A DNA stretch of 64,000 nucleotides, from IMG/VR virus record IMGVR_UViG_3300025435_000018, positions 1,691 through 65,690 of that record. One strand, written 5' to 3'. Source of the stretch: a virus (taxonomy: Duplodnaviria > Caudoviricetes). Below the pieces are notes generated by a model, which was not told the DNA's origin, did no database searches, and worked only from the letters and a program-made list of their open reading frames with translations. A program made the position numbers and the translations under genes. The first letter of the stretch is position 1. Each line of letters opens with the position of its first letter. Shown here piece after piece: positions 1-10,055 of the stretch.

Positions 1-336
1 AGTTGTTTGCTTGGCAATGCTATCGGCCAATGTGCCACGTAGTTTTGGTTCTAGTGGTTTAATTTCTTCTGCCTTGGGCATATCTGGCGGATCAAAACTT
101 TCTCCGTCGGGTGCCACATTGTGCGTTGGTGGGTTGTCTGATATCATAGGTGTTTGTAGTTTGTATTGTTGGTTCATTACCTCGTTGCGACCTGCAACGA
201 TTTTACCGCCTTGGCCCAATTGATCTCCTCGGGCATTTACCTTCATATTGCCCACAGCAATAGTCTTTTCATTGACCAAACGTAGTTTGTCAATGTCCAA
301 CTGTTTGCCGTGTGCTGTTCTATACTTGTTTGACAT
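1..336 (-). CDS. conserved phage hypothetical protein (3' end beyond left edge)
   Basis: Not in ORF track. ATG at 336 with AGGAG SD; open frame MSNKYRTAHGKQLDIDKLRLVNEKTIAVGNMKVNARGD... runs to position 1. Confidence 0.8.
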   Translation of the reverse strand, partial: MSNKYRTAHGKQLDIDKLRLVNEKTIAVGNMKVNARGDQLGQGGKIVAGRNEVMNQQYKLQTPMISDNPPTHNVAPDGESFDPPDMPKAEEIKPLEPKLRGTLADSIAKQTT

Positions 337-356
337 GTTTACTCCTGTCTAATTAT

Positions 357-872
357 TTACTTTAAAAATTCGCCGATGTCTAGATCATAGTACATGCTGT
401 TGATACGGTGTACACCAATCAAGTATAGCACATAACTGGCTACACTACTACCACGACCTAGACCCCAGACTACCCCATTTGCTCGCATGGTGTCTACAAA
501 ATACTTCAAATAGCGTAAGAGATCAATTAGCTCACGATCTACGTACAACAACAATTCTTCGCCCACACGCTGTAGTTCTGCATCTGTTTGACATTGATCC
601 AATATCCACTGTGCAATGTCCATGCTCTTGTATTCATCAGGCATGTACCATATGGATTGATTGTGACGATCAAATCCATCTGCACCGCCCCAATCTACTC
701 TATGAAACACAGTCAACAAGGGCACATCAGCATATAGTGATTTGACTGCATCATTATACTTAAACGGATCTTCAACACGAAACTTACCAATATCCAACTC
801 GGGGTTTTGATACAGTAGTTCAAACAGTTCCGCTTCTGTTGTATATGATTGTCCGTAGTGATCGTACTTCAT
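357..872 (-). CDS. DNA polymerase III alpha (DnaE)-like fragment of a split C-family polymerase
   Basis: GLGRGSSVASYVLYLIGVHRINS matches the DnaE GPGRGSxAGSLVxYxLGIT motif; only 171 aa. Confidence 0.85.
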   Translation of the reverse strand: MKYDHYGQSYTTEAELFELLYQNPELDIGKFRVEDPFKYNDAVKSLYADVPLLTVFHRVDWGGADGFDRHNQSIWYMPDEYKSMDIAQWILDQCQTDAELQRVGEELLLYVDRELIDLLRYLKYFVDTMRANGVVWGLGRGSSVASYVLYLIGVHRINSMYYDLDIGEFLK

Positions 873-1126
873 CCAATGTTGATAATATCTTTAAAGCCGC
901 CGCCTTTTTTGCCCGATTTGTCCATCTTCTCTTGCATTTCCTGCATCAGTTTGGCATTACGTCTAGCCATTTCATCTTGGTAGTCTTGGATCAGCATCTG
1001 TAGTTGTGGAATGATCTGGTGTGGGCCAATTCGATAAGCCTGTACATAACGCTTGTTGAGATCTGCGAGCTTTTTGGTTACCTCATCGTCGCTCAATTTT
1101 GATAAATCGTTTCCTAGTGGGTGCAT
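869..1126 (-). CDS. hypothetical protein (coiled-coil)
   Basis: AAGGAG SD; ATGA-coupled to the DnaE fragment. Confidence 0.75.
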   Translation of the reverse strand: MHPLGNDLSKLSDDEVTKKLADLNKRYVQAYRIGPHQIIPQLQMLIQDYQDEMARRNAKLMQEMQEKMDKSGKKGGGFKDIINIG

Positions 1127-1132
1127 AGAAAA

Positions 1133-1185
1133 ACTCCTTGCTGTAAGTATAAACTATTTACAGGCAAGGAGTCAAGTGGTTTGGA
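1133..1185 (-). promoter_or_regulatory. sigma70 promoter plus TAAATA late element inside an SD-occluding hairpin
   Basis: TTGACT-18-TATACT; inverted repeat ACTCCTTGC(C)TGTAA/TTACAGCAAGGAGT covers the SD. Confidence 0.65.
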
Positions 1186-1190
1186 AAATA

Positions 1191-2441
1191 TTAGAATGTG
1201 CTTAGAGCAGCACGTTTCCAGTTTCCTGGCCCAATGCAGATATAGATATTTCCAGAATCGTATGAGATTTGGCCAGCTTTACCGCCAAATGTTGCTGAGC
1301 TGCTTGGTACAAATACGTTGGCAGTGATCACGTTACCGTAGAACTTGGTACTTTGGTCGTTCTCAATACCCACTGCTTGGTAAACTGTGTGCGTTGCTGC
1401 AACGTCACCATCTTTACCTGTGGCCATTACAATGTTACCACCTAGTCCATAAACAACGTTTGAACCTGTTGCATAGAATGCAATGGTACTGACCTGTTGG
1501 AACACGTTACCAATTGTAGGAGTACCGTTACCAGTTAGTGTAACTGCATTGTGATAACCCAGTAGGTCGCCACCTTGTACAGGAGTAAATGTACCTGTTT
1601 GCAAGTTACCGCGTGTAGCAGTGATGTTGTAACCGCTTAGTGGACCTGTATCTAATGTGCTATAGATCAAGTTAGCTAACTGTAGGTTACCAACGCTGGT
1701 ACTGCTGTACTGTCCAGCAGCGACAATGGTACTGCGTCCTGCATCGGCACCCACTGCATAGTTCAATAGTGCAGCGTTTGCGCCAAATCCTGCAAACAAT
1801 GTGCTGGTGATATTGTCGTTCCAGTAGAAGTTTGGATCACGTAGAGTTGCAGCATTGCGACTCAAGTCAGTGATGAAGATGTTGCTACCGTTGTCAACTG
1901 TTGTGAACTGTAACAGATAGTTGCCAACTTGGTCAAATGTCAATACACCTGTACTGGCATTGGCACCAGCGATATCATTTAGGCCAATTGTAACACCTGG
2001 GCTAGAAATTGGCAGGGTAATTGTGTGGCTAGTGCTTGCTACATAGACCCATAGTGTAAGGGTAGCAAGTTGACCGCTTGCAGGCCAGTTAGTAAATGCT
2101 AGTGTGTAGCTGCCGTTTGTAGTAAACTTCTGTGCGCTACCTTGGCTATAGTCAAGAGTCACAGTTGAACTGGCAGTAGGAGTACCAATATTCAAATAAG
2201 TGTAACTTGGACTAAACAACTGTGCATTTTGAATAGCATTGTAGCCCATGCTGTTGTTTAGCGTAGCACCATTCAGTGCGCTGGTTGTAATAGCTTTGGC
2301 TTGCAAGTCTGCAATTTCACTTTGTGCATAACTGAAGTTGTTACGAATATTAGTGAAGTTATCACGGAAACCTTGGCTGCTGTTGTCTTGGCCAGCAACG
2401 GGAAAGGTTCCGTCGATGTTATTTGGGTTAATGTTTGACAT
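1191..2441 (-). CDS. virion structural / tail fibre-like protein
   Basis: G/T/N/S-rich beta composition; N-terminal SQGFRDNF motif; C-terminal GQISYDSGNIYIC..NWKRAALS module common in fibre proteins; TAAATA upstream. Confidence 0.7.
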   Translation of the reverse strand: MSNINPNNIDGTFPVAGQDNSSQGFRDNFTNIRNNFSYAQSEIADLQAKAITTSALNGATLNNSMGYNAIQNAQLFSPSYTYLNIGTPTASSTVTLDYSQGSAQKFTTNGSYTLAFTNWPASGQLATLTLWVYVASTSHTITLPISSPGVTIGLNDIAGANASTGVLTFDQVGNYLLQFTTVDNGSNIFITDLSRNAATLRDPNFYWNDNITSTLFAGFGANAALLNYAVGADAGRSTIVAAGQYSSTSVGNLQLANLIYSTLDTGPLSGYNITATRGNLQTGTFTPVQGGDLLGYHNAVTLTGNGTPTIGNVFQQVSTIAFYATGSNVVYGLGGNIVMATGKDGDVAATHTVYQAVGIENDQSTKFYGNVITANVFVPSSSATFGGKAGQISYDSGNIYICIGPGNWKRAALSTF

Positions 2442-2467
2442 TTAGAAAAAACTCCGGTATAGTGTAT

Positions 2468-5389
2468 TTATGTCAGCAGCGGACCATTATAGGGGAATTT
2501 TAGCCAAGTGTCGCTGGATTCTGGATTTCCATAACTGATTCGATTATTGAGGAATCTCGTACCGTAGTTGTCAAATTTGGTCTCTGCACCAGCGTCAGCA
2601 AGGCGTGTCTGCAATGGTGTGTATGCAGGTACACTGAATCCTGACTGTAGGGACGTATTGTACAGCACCACTGTTTCGGTATGTGTGTTTCCTCGGTTGA
2701 TTTGCACACGATCGCCAGCTGATACCACACTATAGATCTGGGAGAAATTGACTCCGGTGCCAGTGTTGCGTAGGAAAATTACCGGAGTTAGTGTGACTAC
2801 GTTGGTGTTGGAGATGTTGATTTGCCAAACATTAACACGTAGGTTAGCGACTTTCCATACTGTGTCTATGACATTACCGTTGTTGTCGTAGTCAATTACA
2901 TATTGATAATATACGTTGTTAACTAATGCCGCTTGTCCAACAGATGGATTGCTTGGAAAGCCAGCAGTGCCATTGGAATACTTGGCGCTGTTGGTAAATT
3001 CAACCCAACCTGGAATGATTGCAGCACCATTAGTCCAACCATCGTAGCTGCCAGTTTCTCCAGGGTAGTTTTCTTGTCGTACAAATATCAGTGTCTCGCC
3101 ATTGGCAAAGTTCTTAACACCATCAAGTCCACCGCGGGAATTTATCTGCGCCACAGTTTGATTGTTGATCATGTTGAAGGCTAGATTATTGATACCATAT
3201 GTAACACTGGTAGCAATAGTACCTGTGCGTACAATGCGATCAAATGTAGTTTCCTTGCTGAGGTTGTAGCTCTTTGCTGTGATATTGTAGTTGGCAGACA
3301 GGCCGTTGTCAAGATCGTAACGATCAGCAACAAAGTTGACATTGTTGAATACAATACCATTTGATTTTAGTCTATAAGCAATCAATTTGCTTGCACCCGG
3401 TACGGTATAGGCCAATACGATTGCTCGTGTAAATCCCAGTGTTTTTAAGTCGCTTTGTGGGCTACTCATCCAATCAGGAATAGCGCCAATGTTGGCATAA
3501 CCTGTTGTGTTGGTTACAACGCTGCTCATGTTCTCAAAGCTGTTGGGATAAACAGTCTTGTCAATTGTGCTATTGTAACGACTGTTGGCAGGACTATTGC
3601 CTTTGTATACTGCGTTGTCAATCAGCTCAACATAGACAACTTCGTATTTGACATTGAAGTTAGCATCAACTGCCTGTGCTGTTTTAACTTCACTAAACTC
3701 AATGCGCTTTTGATATGTGTTTGTTGCAATAGATGCAATATAAGAATCAACTGCTGTAGGTGCAAGGCCTGCTAGGAACAGACTGCGAATATCTGTGGCA
3801 CGACCAAACCATGGATCGCTTGGTCTGTAGATCAATTCTGCAGGGAATATGTCATTGTTGTTAACAATGCTCAAGAATGTATTGCGCTGATCCACAGTAG
3901 GCAACGCTTTCAAGTAAACATTCTCGTAAGGTGTCATGTTGACATTCTTGACTAGAATTGTAAATGACTGTTGGCTGCTGGCTGTGCCGTCTGTGGTAGT
4001 TGCTTGCACAGTAAAACTATAGCTATTGTCAAAGTTGCTGATAACACCATCTACTGTAGTTGAACCACCATCTAGACTAAAGAATTCAAATCCTGTACGT
4101 CCCACAATCAATCCCGAACTTTGCAGTTCAAGTCCCTGTGGCAAACGGCTGGTGTCTGGCACTAGAGAATATACAAGGCTCTTGCCTGCATGGTTTACAG
4201 CACTAACGCCAAGTTGACTGACAGTACCGTTGTCAATAGTGCCTAGGTCTCTGCCAGTTACCCATGTTATATTGTTAGTAATATCACCAAGCACAGTCAT
4301 GGTGTACTTGATGGGCAAGCTGGCTCTAGTAGGGTCACCTGTTTCAAAAGCATATACTTCAAATACATAGTCTTGCACTGCCTGTACTTGTCCGCCAACT
4401 GTGCCACCAAACCATCCTGTAGTAGCATCCAAGATCAAGCCTGGAGGCACACTTAGGTTTTCTTGGTCAAATGCCAGTGTATCAAAACCTTGCGTACCAT
4501 TGTAGTCAAATCCTGATCCTGCTCCGCCTAGGCTCAGTGCGTAACTTAGTGCAACATCGTTTGGATCAATGGCTTGGAATTGAAATGCAAACTTGCTATT
4601 ACTACGCACTTCAGGCAGTGCTTGACTTGGCGTAGTCATAATAGGCAAGTACTTGTTGTCTTGATCAATGGTCAAATGTGTGTCATTGATCTTGATTGTG
4701 GTGTTGTCTGCGCTGTAGTAGTCCTTGGCAACAACATAGAGTTTATAGGTTAAACTGTCATAGTTAGCACCATCGAATACCTTGACTGTGAACTTGTAGG
4801 TGTTGTTTTGATAACTGGCGGCGTTTTCATAACCAAACTCTTCGTAGGGTGTTGCGTTGAAACCAAACAGTCCATTGTTACCAAATGTGGCCAATGGTAA
4901 AATAAAGCCGCTAATCAGTCCGGATGAACTCAATGTTAGTCCGTTTGGTAAACTGCCTGCGTCAAGACTCCAAGTCAGCGTAGCATAGGGATTAAGTTCA
5001 ATGGCTTCTAGTTGTAGGCTATAGAACTCGCCGTCAAATACTTCTCCAAGGTCAGTTACTCTTGGCGTGATAACAGGAGGATTGATGTTGGCAACTGTCA
5101 GTGTAAACGACTTATCACTAACCAGTCCGTTTTGATCTGTTGCACGAACTGCAAACTCAAAAGTACGCGATTGGTTTGCAACGTCTTCAATTAAGGGACC
5201 GCCTTGGATAAAGCCGGCTGCGTTGATACGTACACCTGGAGGTAATGTTCCTGCTAGAAACTTGTAGGTGACTGCACCACCAGCTGGATCGTAGGCATCT
5301 AAAGGCACTTCAAAGTAGTTGCCTTCAGTTACGGTGCCTAGATTTATTAAATTTGCGCCGTTACCAGTTATCCAAATTGGGTTTGCCAT
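2468..5389 (-). CDS. baseplate/tail protein with Ig-like (He_PIG/cadherin-like) repeats
   Basis: Repeated LPxGLxLxxxGxIxG / FxVxAxD units; 973 aa. Confidence 0.8.
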   Translation of the reverse strand: MANPIWITGNGANLINLGTVTEGNYFEVPLDAYDPAGGAVTYKFLAGTLPPGVRINAAGFIQGGPLIEDVANQSRTFEFAVRATDQNGLVSDKSFTLTVANINPPVITPRVTDLGEVFDGEFYSLQLEAIELNPYATLTWSLDAGSLPNGLTLSSSGLISGFILPLATFGNNGLFGFNATPYEEFGYENAASYQNNTYKFTVKVFDGANYDSLTYKLYVVAKDYYSADNTTIKINDTHLTIDQDNKYLPIMTTPSQALPEVRSNSKFAFQFQAIDPNDVALSYALSLGGAGSGFDYNGTQGFDTLAFDQENLSVPPGLILDATTGWFGGTVGGQVQAVQDYVFEVYAFETGDPTRASLPIKYTMTVLGDITNNITWVTGRDLGTIDNGTVSQLGVSAVNHAGKSLVYSLVPDTSRLPQGLELQSSGLIVGRTGFEFFSLDGGSTTVDGVISNFDNSYSFTVQATTTDGTASSQQSFTILVKNVNMTPYENVYLKALPTVDQRNTFLSIVNNNDIFPAELIYRPSDPWFGRATDIRSLFLAGLAPTAVDSYIASIATNTYQKRIEFSEVKTAQAVDANFNVKYEVVYVELIDNAVYKGNSPANSRYNSTIDKTVYPNSFENMSSVVTNTTGYANIGAIPDWMSSPQSDLKTLGFTRAIVLAYTVPGASKLIAYRLKSNGIVFNNVNFVADRYDLDNGLSANYNITAKSYNLSKETTFDRIVRTGTIATSVTYGINNLAFNMINNQTVAQINSRGGLDGVKNFANGETLIFVRQENYPGETGSYDGWTNGAAIIPGWVEFTNSAKYSNGTAGFPSNPSVGQAALVNNVYYQYVIDYDNNGNVIDTVWKVANLRVNVWQINISNTNVVTLTPVIFLRNTGTGVNFSQIYSVVSAGDRVQINRGNTHTETVVLYNTSLQSGFSVPAYTPLQTRLADAGAETKFDNYGTRFLNNRISYGNPESSDTWLKFPYNGPLLT

Positions 5390-5793
5390 TAGAATGTCAT
5401 CCAGCGATTGTTGCTTGTTGTATAGGTTAGACGTGCTGTTACATTACCGCCACTGAAGAAACCGTTGCCAAGCCACAGTATGTTCTGTCCGTTTTGATTT
5501 ACGAAACAACTTGAAATAGGCACTAGACTAGTAAGCAATAGTTCCTGTCCGTCCCAACCGCTAGTGGGCAAGTTGATCCATACATTGCTGAATGTGCCAA
5601 TACCGTTTGCTACAAATTTGCGTACTCCTGTGTTGGCATAAAGTACGCTGTTATTGGTTGCAACGTTTGCAATGGTATAGCTGGTGATGTAGCTGAAGTT
5701 GTTGTTAACTGTTTGAAATGCGCTACGGATAGTATCACCGGTACCATCGTTTGCCGATGTACCAGTGTTGACTAAATTGATGGGTGTGGTCAT
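5389..5793 (-). CDS. tail/baseplate protein with T4 gp9/gp10-like N-terminal motif
   Basis: NTGTSANDGTGDTIRSAFQTVNNNF. Confidence 0.7.
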   Translation of the reverse strand: MTTPINLVNTGTSANDGTGDTIRSAFQTVNNNFSYITSYTIANVATNNSVLYANTGVRKFVANGIGTFSNVWINLPTSGWDGQELLLTSLVPISSCFVNQNGQNILWLGNGFFSGGNVTARLTYTTSNNRWMTF

Positions 5794-5836
5794 GTCTAAA
5801 AGCCTAAATATTTCTAGTATTTAGCTGATTTAGGCT

Positions 5837-7234
5837 TTAGTGACCGATGTTGGCTAGACGTCCAGCAAGTTGATTCAGTGCGTCTTGCACGTTGTATACA
5901 GGAACTGTCCACTGTGCCACGTTGGCCATAGTAAATGCGGTGTTTCCAGTGACCTGCAGGTTTCCAAATACTGTGGTAGTGTTGGAGTGAAACTCAATTG
6001 AGTTATTTGAAAATTTTGCCGACAGTGTAGTGGTATTAGCACCAATTGGTATGGTGGCAATTCGAATGTATGTGCCTTGATTGGTGTTGGTATAGTTTTC
6101 TGCGGCAAACACACTGAAGTTAGAACCCAAGTAGGTGGGGCCTGTGAATCCGTTAACACCACTCCAGCCTTTTGCTGCAAACGAGGCAATAATGTCATCG
6201 GCTAAGAGCGGAGCTGGTGAAGAGCTTGTGCCTCTTGCTTTTCTCAATAACATTCCCGAGTAAACAGTACTGTCACCAAAACTGTCAGCACCGTACTGGC
6301 CGCTCTTACCATCAGGGGCACTCATGTGAACGATGTTGTTTGGTGCGTTCAGTGGTGTAGCTGAGTTTTGATTGATAGTTAAAATACTGTCAGCTGATGC
6401 TACAACGTTACCAATGCCTAGCAAGATATTGCCGCGGATGTTGTGCAGACTTTTGTTATATTGCCCAACGTTGAGGTTGCCACTGACTCCGACCCCACCA
6501 ACAACTACCAAAGCTCCTGTGCTGACGCTTGTAGGATTAGTACCTGGGTTGTTGATTGACACCGCAATATTACTGCTGTTGATACCGCCTGCTAGGAAGT
6601 TAATGCTGGTTCCAGGCACTGTTGTACCCAAGACCAAGTTACCGCCTGCTGTTCCGGGTGTGCTGCCCTGTACATACACGTAACCGTCGTTGGGGTAAAG
6701 GCTAGTGCCTAGACTGTTGCTGGGCACTGTGCCATCGTATGAACCGCCGGCAATACCCATGTCAATGTAGTTTGAAGTATTGCTTCCGTTGTCGGCAGTG
6801 GCCACATAGTCAGTGGTGCTTTGATTGCCGCTTGCAGTATTTTGACTGTTGATTTGACTGTAGCTGTTGAAATTGCCTGTGTGCTGTGTAAGCAGGTTAG
6901 GAACTACTGTGAAGCCCGTTTGACGTCCAACATAGAGACTGTTATATCCAGTTACGGCATCGCCACTGGTTTGAAGTTTAACAACTGCTAGGTTCCCGGT
7001 AAAGCTAGTTAACTGTGCTTGCAGGTTAGCAATAGTCATTGTACCTGCAACATCACTGGCAGTCAGTACAATATTTCCCGTGCGTCCAGCTACAGTTAGT
7101 ACCGGAGCATTGACAGTGATCTGCCCTGCAGCAATATTGGCAAAATTTTGATTTATTTTATTAAAGGCGGTGCGTAAGGGATCTCCTGATCCGTCCCCGG
7201 CGGTAGTACCTAGATTAACATTAGCAAACGACAT
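5837..7234 (-). CDS. tail fibre/baseplate protein with gp9/gp10-like N-terminal motif
   Basis: NLGTTAGDGSGDPLRTAFNKINQNF, then VxTVAGRTGxIVL; Gly/Thr/Asn-rich; TAAATA upstream. Confidence 0.75.
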   Translation of the reverse strand: MSFANVNLGTTAGDGSGDPLRTAFNKINQNFANIAAGQITVNAPVLTVAGRTGNIVLTASDVAGTMTIANLQAQLTSFTGNLAVVKLQTSGDAVTGYNSLYVGRQTGFTVVPNLLTQHTGNFNSYSQINSQNTASGNQSTTDYVATADNGSNTSNYIDMGIAGGSYDGTVPSNSLGTSLYPNDGYVYVQGSTPGTAGGNLVLGTTVPGTSINFLAGGINSSNIAVSINNPGTNPTSVSTGALVVVGGVGVSGNLNVGQYNKSLHNIRGNILLGIGNVVASADSILTINQNSATPLNAPNNIVHMSAPDGKSGQYGADSFGDSTVYSGMLLRKARGTSSSPAPLLADDIIASFAAKGWSGVNGFTGPTYLGSNFSVFAAENYTNTNQGTYIRIATIPIGANTTTLSAKFSNNSIEFHSNTTTVFGNLQVTGNTAFTMANVAQWTVPVYNVQDALNQLAGRLANIGH

Positions 7235-7259
7235 AAATTATCCTGTTTGCTGTATTTAG

Positions 7260-7805
7260 TTATTTTCCCGAGTAAATCCTGCGGTTGACCATTTCCCAGT
7301 TGATACAGCGCCAGAGATTATTGAGGTATTTCTTCTTGTCTGACCCATAGTCCAAGGCCCAAGCATGTTCCCACCAGTCAACCAAGAGTGCAATATCTGT
7401 GCGTTCTGCGTGATTTTTGATGGTCTTGATCTGGCCACTACGGCTTAGGTAGATCCAACCCGAACCCTGTATCTTCATGGCTTCGGCTTCAAAGTCCCGT
7501 TTAAAGTCTAGGAAGTTTCCAAAGTGTTTGTTAATAAGAGCCAGACTTGCACCGTGTGGGGCATTGGCGTTCTTGGGTGCCTTCAGTTGCGGGAACCAGA
7601 TGGCATGTAAGAATGCTCCGGCCTTGTTGAAGTTCTTGTCGCCTTCGCCCTTGTTGAAACGATCTACGTAGCCCTTGTACAGCTTGCCGTAGTGGTTATC
7701 TATATTGGTTTTGCTTAGTACAGGAGCCAATGCACTACGGTTGTAGGGCAGAGCTTTTTGTTCTAGCTTTTCTTTTGCTTCTAGTAGTTCAATGATATGT
7801 CTCAT
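7260..7805 (-). CDS. sod: Fe/Mn superoxide dismutase
   Basis: LPY..ALAP..S; NHYGK; FLHAIWF; GSGW; DWWEHAWALDY. All four metal ligands are recognisable. Confidence 0.92.
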   Translation of the reverse strand: MRHIIELLEAKEKLEQKALPYNRSALAPVLSKTNIDNHYGKLYKGYVDRFNKGEGDKNFNKAGAFLHAIWFPQLKAPKNANAPHGASLALINKHFGNFLDFKRDFEAEAMKIQGSGWIYLSRSGQIKTIKNHAERTDIALLVDWWEHAWALDYGSDKKKYLNNLWRCINWEMVNRRIYSGK

Positions 7806-7886
7806 TGAATATTTATATAAATAAGGGTGTAGTTCGCGATATTGGCGTATCCAACTACTCTAATGCTTGAAGGAGCGATCAGCGAC

Positions 7887-8390
7887 ATGAATATTTATTA
7901 TGTATATGCTTACCTACGTAAAGATGGTACACCTTATTATATTGGCAAGGGAAAGAATAAACGTTATATAGAAAAGCATAACGTAGAAGTTCCTAAAGAT
8001 AGAAAATTTATTGTTTTCTTAGAAACTCATCTCACTGATATTGGTGCCCTTGCATTAGAAAGAAGATATATTAAATGGTACGGACGCAAAGATCTAGGTA
8101 CCGGAATTTTACGCAATAAAACAGATGGCGGAGAAGGTCCTTCTGGGCAAATCGCTCATAATAAAGGGCAACGTATTCCAAAAGAGATTTGCGAGTCAGT
8201 TAAGATTAAAAAAGAAAAAATTCGTCCAGGCACCGGAGCGCATGTAGGTAAAAAGTTTTCAGACGAAACAAAAGCAAAAATGTCGGCTGCTAGAAAAGGT
8301 AAACCACTGTCAGCAGAAACCCGTGCTAAAATGTCAGAGGCAAGAAAGAGACTTTTTGCTGCGGTTAAAGCAAATCATTTGTTACGATAA
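7887..8390 (+). CDS. free-standing GIY-YIG homing endonuclease with NUMOD3 repeats
   Basis: YYVYAY..YYIGKG; NKTDGGEG; two [20 protein letters not shown] repeats; AT-rich and opposite strand. Start moved to the ATG after the AAGGAG SD. Confidence 0.88.
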   Translation: MNIYYVYAYLRKDGTPYYIGKGKNKRYIEKHNVEVPKDRKFIVFLETHLTDIGALALERRYIKWYGRKDLGTGILRNKTDGGEGPSGQIAHNKGQRIPKEICESVKIKKEKIRPGTGAHVGKKFSDETKAKMSAARKGKPLSAETRAKMSEARKRLFAAVKANHLLR

Positions 8391-8593
8391 ACCACCCGTC
8401 CACGATTCATGTCATATGGTGACATTTCAACGTCGACTGTGTCTCCCAATAAAATGCGTATATTATGCTGTCTAAGTTTACCACCAATTGTGGCAATGAT
8501 CTTGTGGTTGTTTTCCAATACCACACGAAACATAGCATTGGGCAAAACTTCTTCTATTTTGCCCGATAGTTTGATTAAATCTTCTTTTGCCAC
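8375..8593 (-). CDS. infA: translation initiation factor IF-1
   Basis: MAKED...[11 protein letters not shown]...IRILLGD.V.VEMSPYD..RGRVVYR; 72 aa. Confidence 0.97.
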   Translation of the reverse strand: MAKEDLIKLSGKIEEVLPNAMFRVVLENNHKIIATIGGKLRQHNIRILLGDTVDVEMSPYDMNRGRVVYRNK

Positions 8594-8619
8594 TTTGGCT
8601 AGTTCTCCTAAAAAGTTAT

Positions 8620-9372
8620 TTAGCGGCGCTCAATGTCTTCTTCTGTACAATCAGTGCCGTACTGTATTTCTACCAGTGTGCAAGGCTCGTCAAATGGATT
8701 AGTAAGTTGATGCCAGCCCATTTTGGGAACAGAATACATGCTGTGTATTTGCAGTTCACGAGACGGAAAAGCATAACCGCTGTTGCCCTGTTCGTTTACA
8801 ATACAACGCCCGCCTGTAACGTGCCAGTGTTCTGCTCGGTCACGATGCCGTTGCATACTCAGCTTTTGTCCCGGCATGATGGTGAGTTCTTTGACTTTTG
8901 TGCCGTTTACTTCATGCAAAACACGATAATAGCCCCAGGGACGCTCGGTTTTAGGAGCCTTCCATTCATCAAGAATCCAACTGCTACTGTTGGCTTTGCA
9001 GTCTCCGCCAACGCCAAACACAAACTCCACACCCTCTACTGACATTTCAGGAATGTTGTCGGCAGTACGATCACCGCCATTGGCAAAGATGATTTCATCA
9101 TTCGGGTAACGAGTCTTTATATTTTCCAATAACTTAATCGCGCTACCATCACTGTCATCCCAATATGTGGTTCTATCAACAAATTTTAAGTTATTAACCA
9201 CTGATTCGCGTTCATGCCATGGCATAAATGCTCTGCCTTTTTTGCGTTCAAGCCAAGCATTGCTGTTTAAGCCAACAATTAATATATCACCCAGTTGTTT
9301 GGCTGCTCGTAAGTATGCGATATGACCGCTGTGAATGGGATCAAAGCCCCCTGTTGCTAATACTATTTTCAA
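8620..9372 (-). CDS. cytidylyltransferase-like domain fused to a mannose-6-phosphate isomerase (ManC-type) cupin
   Basis: [11 protein letters not shown] (HxGH); ANGGDR; RPWGYY...LSMQRH..RAEHW...EIQYG. Confidence 0.88.
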   Translation of the reverse strand: MKIVLATGGFDPIHSGHIAYLRAAKQLGDILIVGLNSNAWLERKKGRAFMPWHERESVVNNLKFVDRTTYWDDSDGSAIKLLENIKTRYPNDEIIFANGGDRTADNIPEMSVEGVEFVFGVGGDCKANSSSWILDEWKAPKTERPWGYYRVLHEVNGTKVKELTIMPGQKLSMQRHRDRAEHWHVTGGRCIVNEQGNSGYAFPSRELQIHSMYSVPKMGWHQLTNPFDEPCTLVEIQYGTDCTEEDIERR

Positions 9373-9635
9373 TTAATATCCTTTGCTTGTAATTTGGCCC
9401 ACGCAAACTCCTGCATGGCTTTTTCGTCTCGGGTTATGTAACCGTACTTGCGTAACCAGTCGGGAAACTTTGACCAGTTGTAGTGGACCAAGCGTACTCC
9501 ACCTTGGGGACCTTGACACCAAACTATGTCATAGTTTGCATGGTACCAACTTGTATTGCGTGGAGGAGCGTTTGAGGTAAGATGTCGAACCTCATTGCCT
9601 TTTGTGACGCAGTAATAATGATAACGCTCAGCCAC
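9369..9635 (-). CDS. hypothetical protein
   Basis: Probable GTG start overlapping the upstream gene end; start uncertain. Confidence 0.55.
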   Translation of the reverse strand: MAERYHYYCVTKGNEVRHLTSNAPPRNTSWYHANYDIVWCQGPQGGVRLVHYNWSKFPDWLRKYGYITRDEKAMQEFAWAKLQAKDIN

Positions 9636-10020
9636 GGCGCATACGGCTGATTTCCACAGCCTCTTCATCTGAGAACACTGGCACAGCGTTGCTCTTGTGC
9701 ATGGTGGCAATGCCCTTGACCTTGGTGCCTGTGTAGACTTTGGTCACAGAGGCAGTGCTTGCGCCTGCTGTTACCTTGCTAGGAATGTGATTGGTATTGC
9801 CGCGACCTGCTGGTGCACCAAGCGAATAGGTCAATGCAGGTGCAGACATGGCACGTTGACGTTTCTTAGCGTCAGCATCCACGCCCCACTTTTTCTGTAG
9901 CTCTTGCCAATCAGCGTCTAACTGGCGTGACTTGCGAGCTTCTTCAGCGTTGCGAAATTTAACCTTGCCTTTTTTCTTGCCAGCAAGGCTAAGACTGGGG
10001 TGATGTAAGTGCATTGTCAT
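9628..10020 (-). CDS. conserved T4-like phage hypothetical protein
   Basis: C-terminal YTGT.VKGIATMHKSNAVPV motif; leaderless promoter. Confidence 0.8.
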   Translation of the reverse strand: MTMHLHHPSLSLAGKKKGKVKFRNAEEARKSRQLDADWQELQKKWGVDADAKKRQRAMSAPALTYSLGAPAGRGNTNHIPSKVTAGASTASVTKVYTGTKVKGIATMHKSNAVPVFSDEEAVEISRMRRG

Positions 10021-10026
10021 AACTGT

Positions 10027-10055
10027 ATTATAACAACAAAATCATTTTGGGTCAA
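10027..10055 (-). promoter_or_regulatory. early sigma70 promoter, representative of a repeated family
   Basis: TTGACC-17-TATAAT with AAATG just after the -35. Related copies near 11705, 13256, 17691, 23140, 26870, 30426, 30741, 34295, 37261, 48637, 48972, 49230 and 52632. Confidence 0.85.

Noticed and set aside
357-872. Pseudogene call for the DnaE fragment
   Set aside because: It has a clean coupled start and stop, an intact motif, and no adjacent out-of-frame dnaE remnants.
7842-8390. Group I intron around either GIY-YIG gene
   Set aside because: Flanking genes are uninterrupted and on the opposite strand, and there is no room for an intron core.
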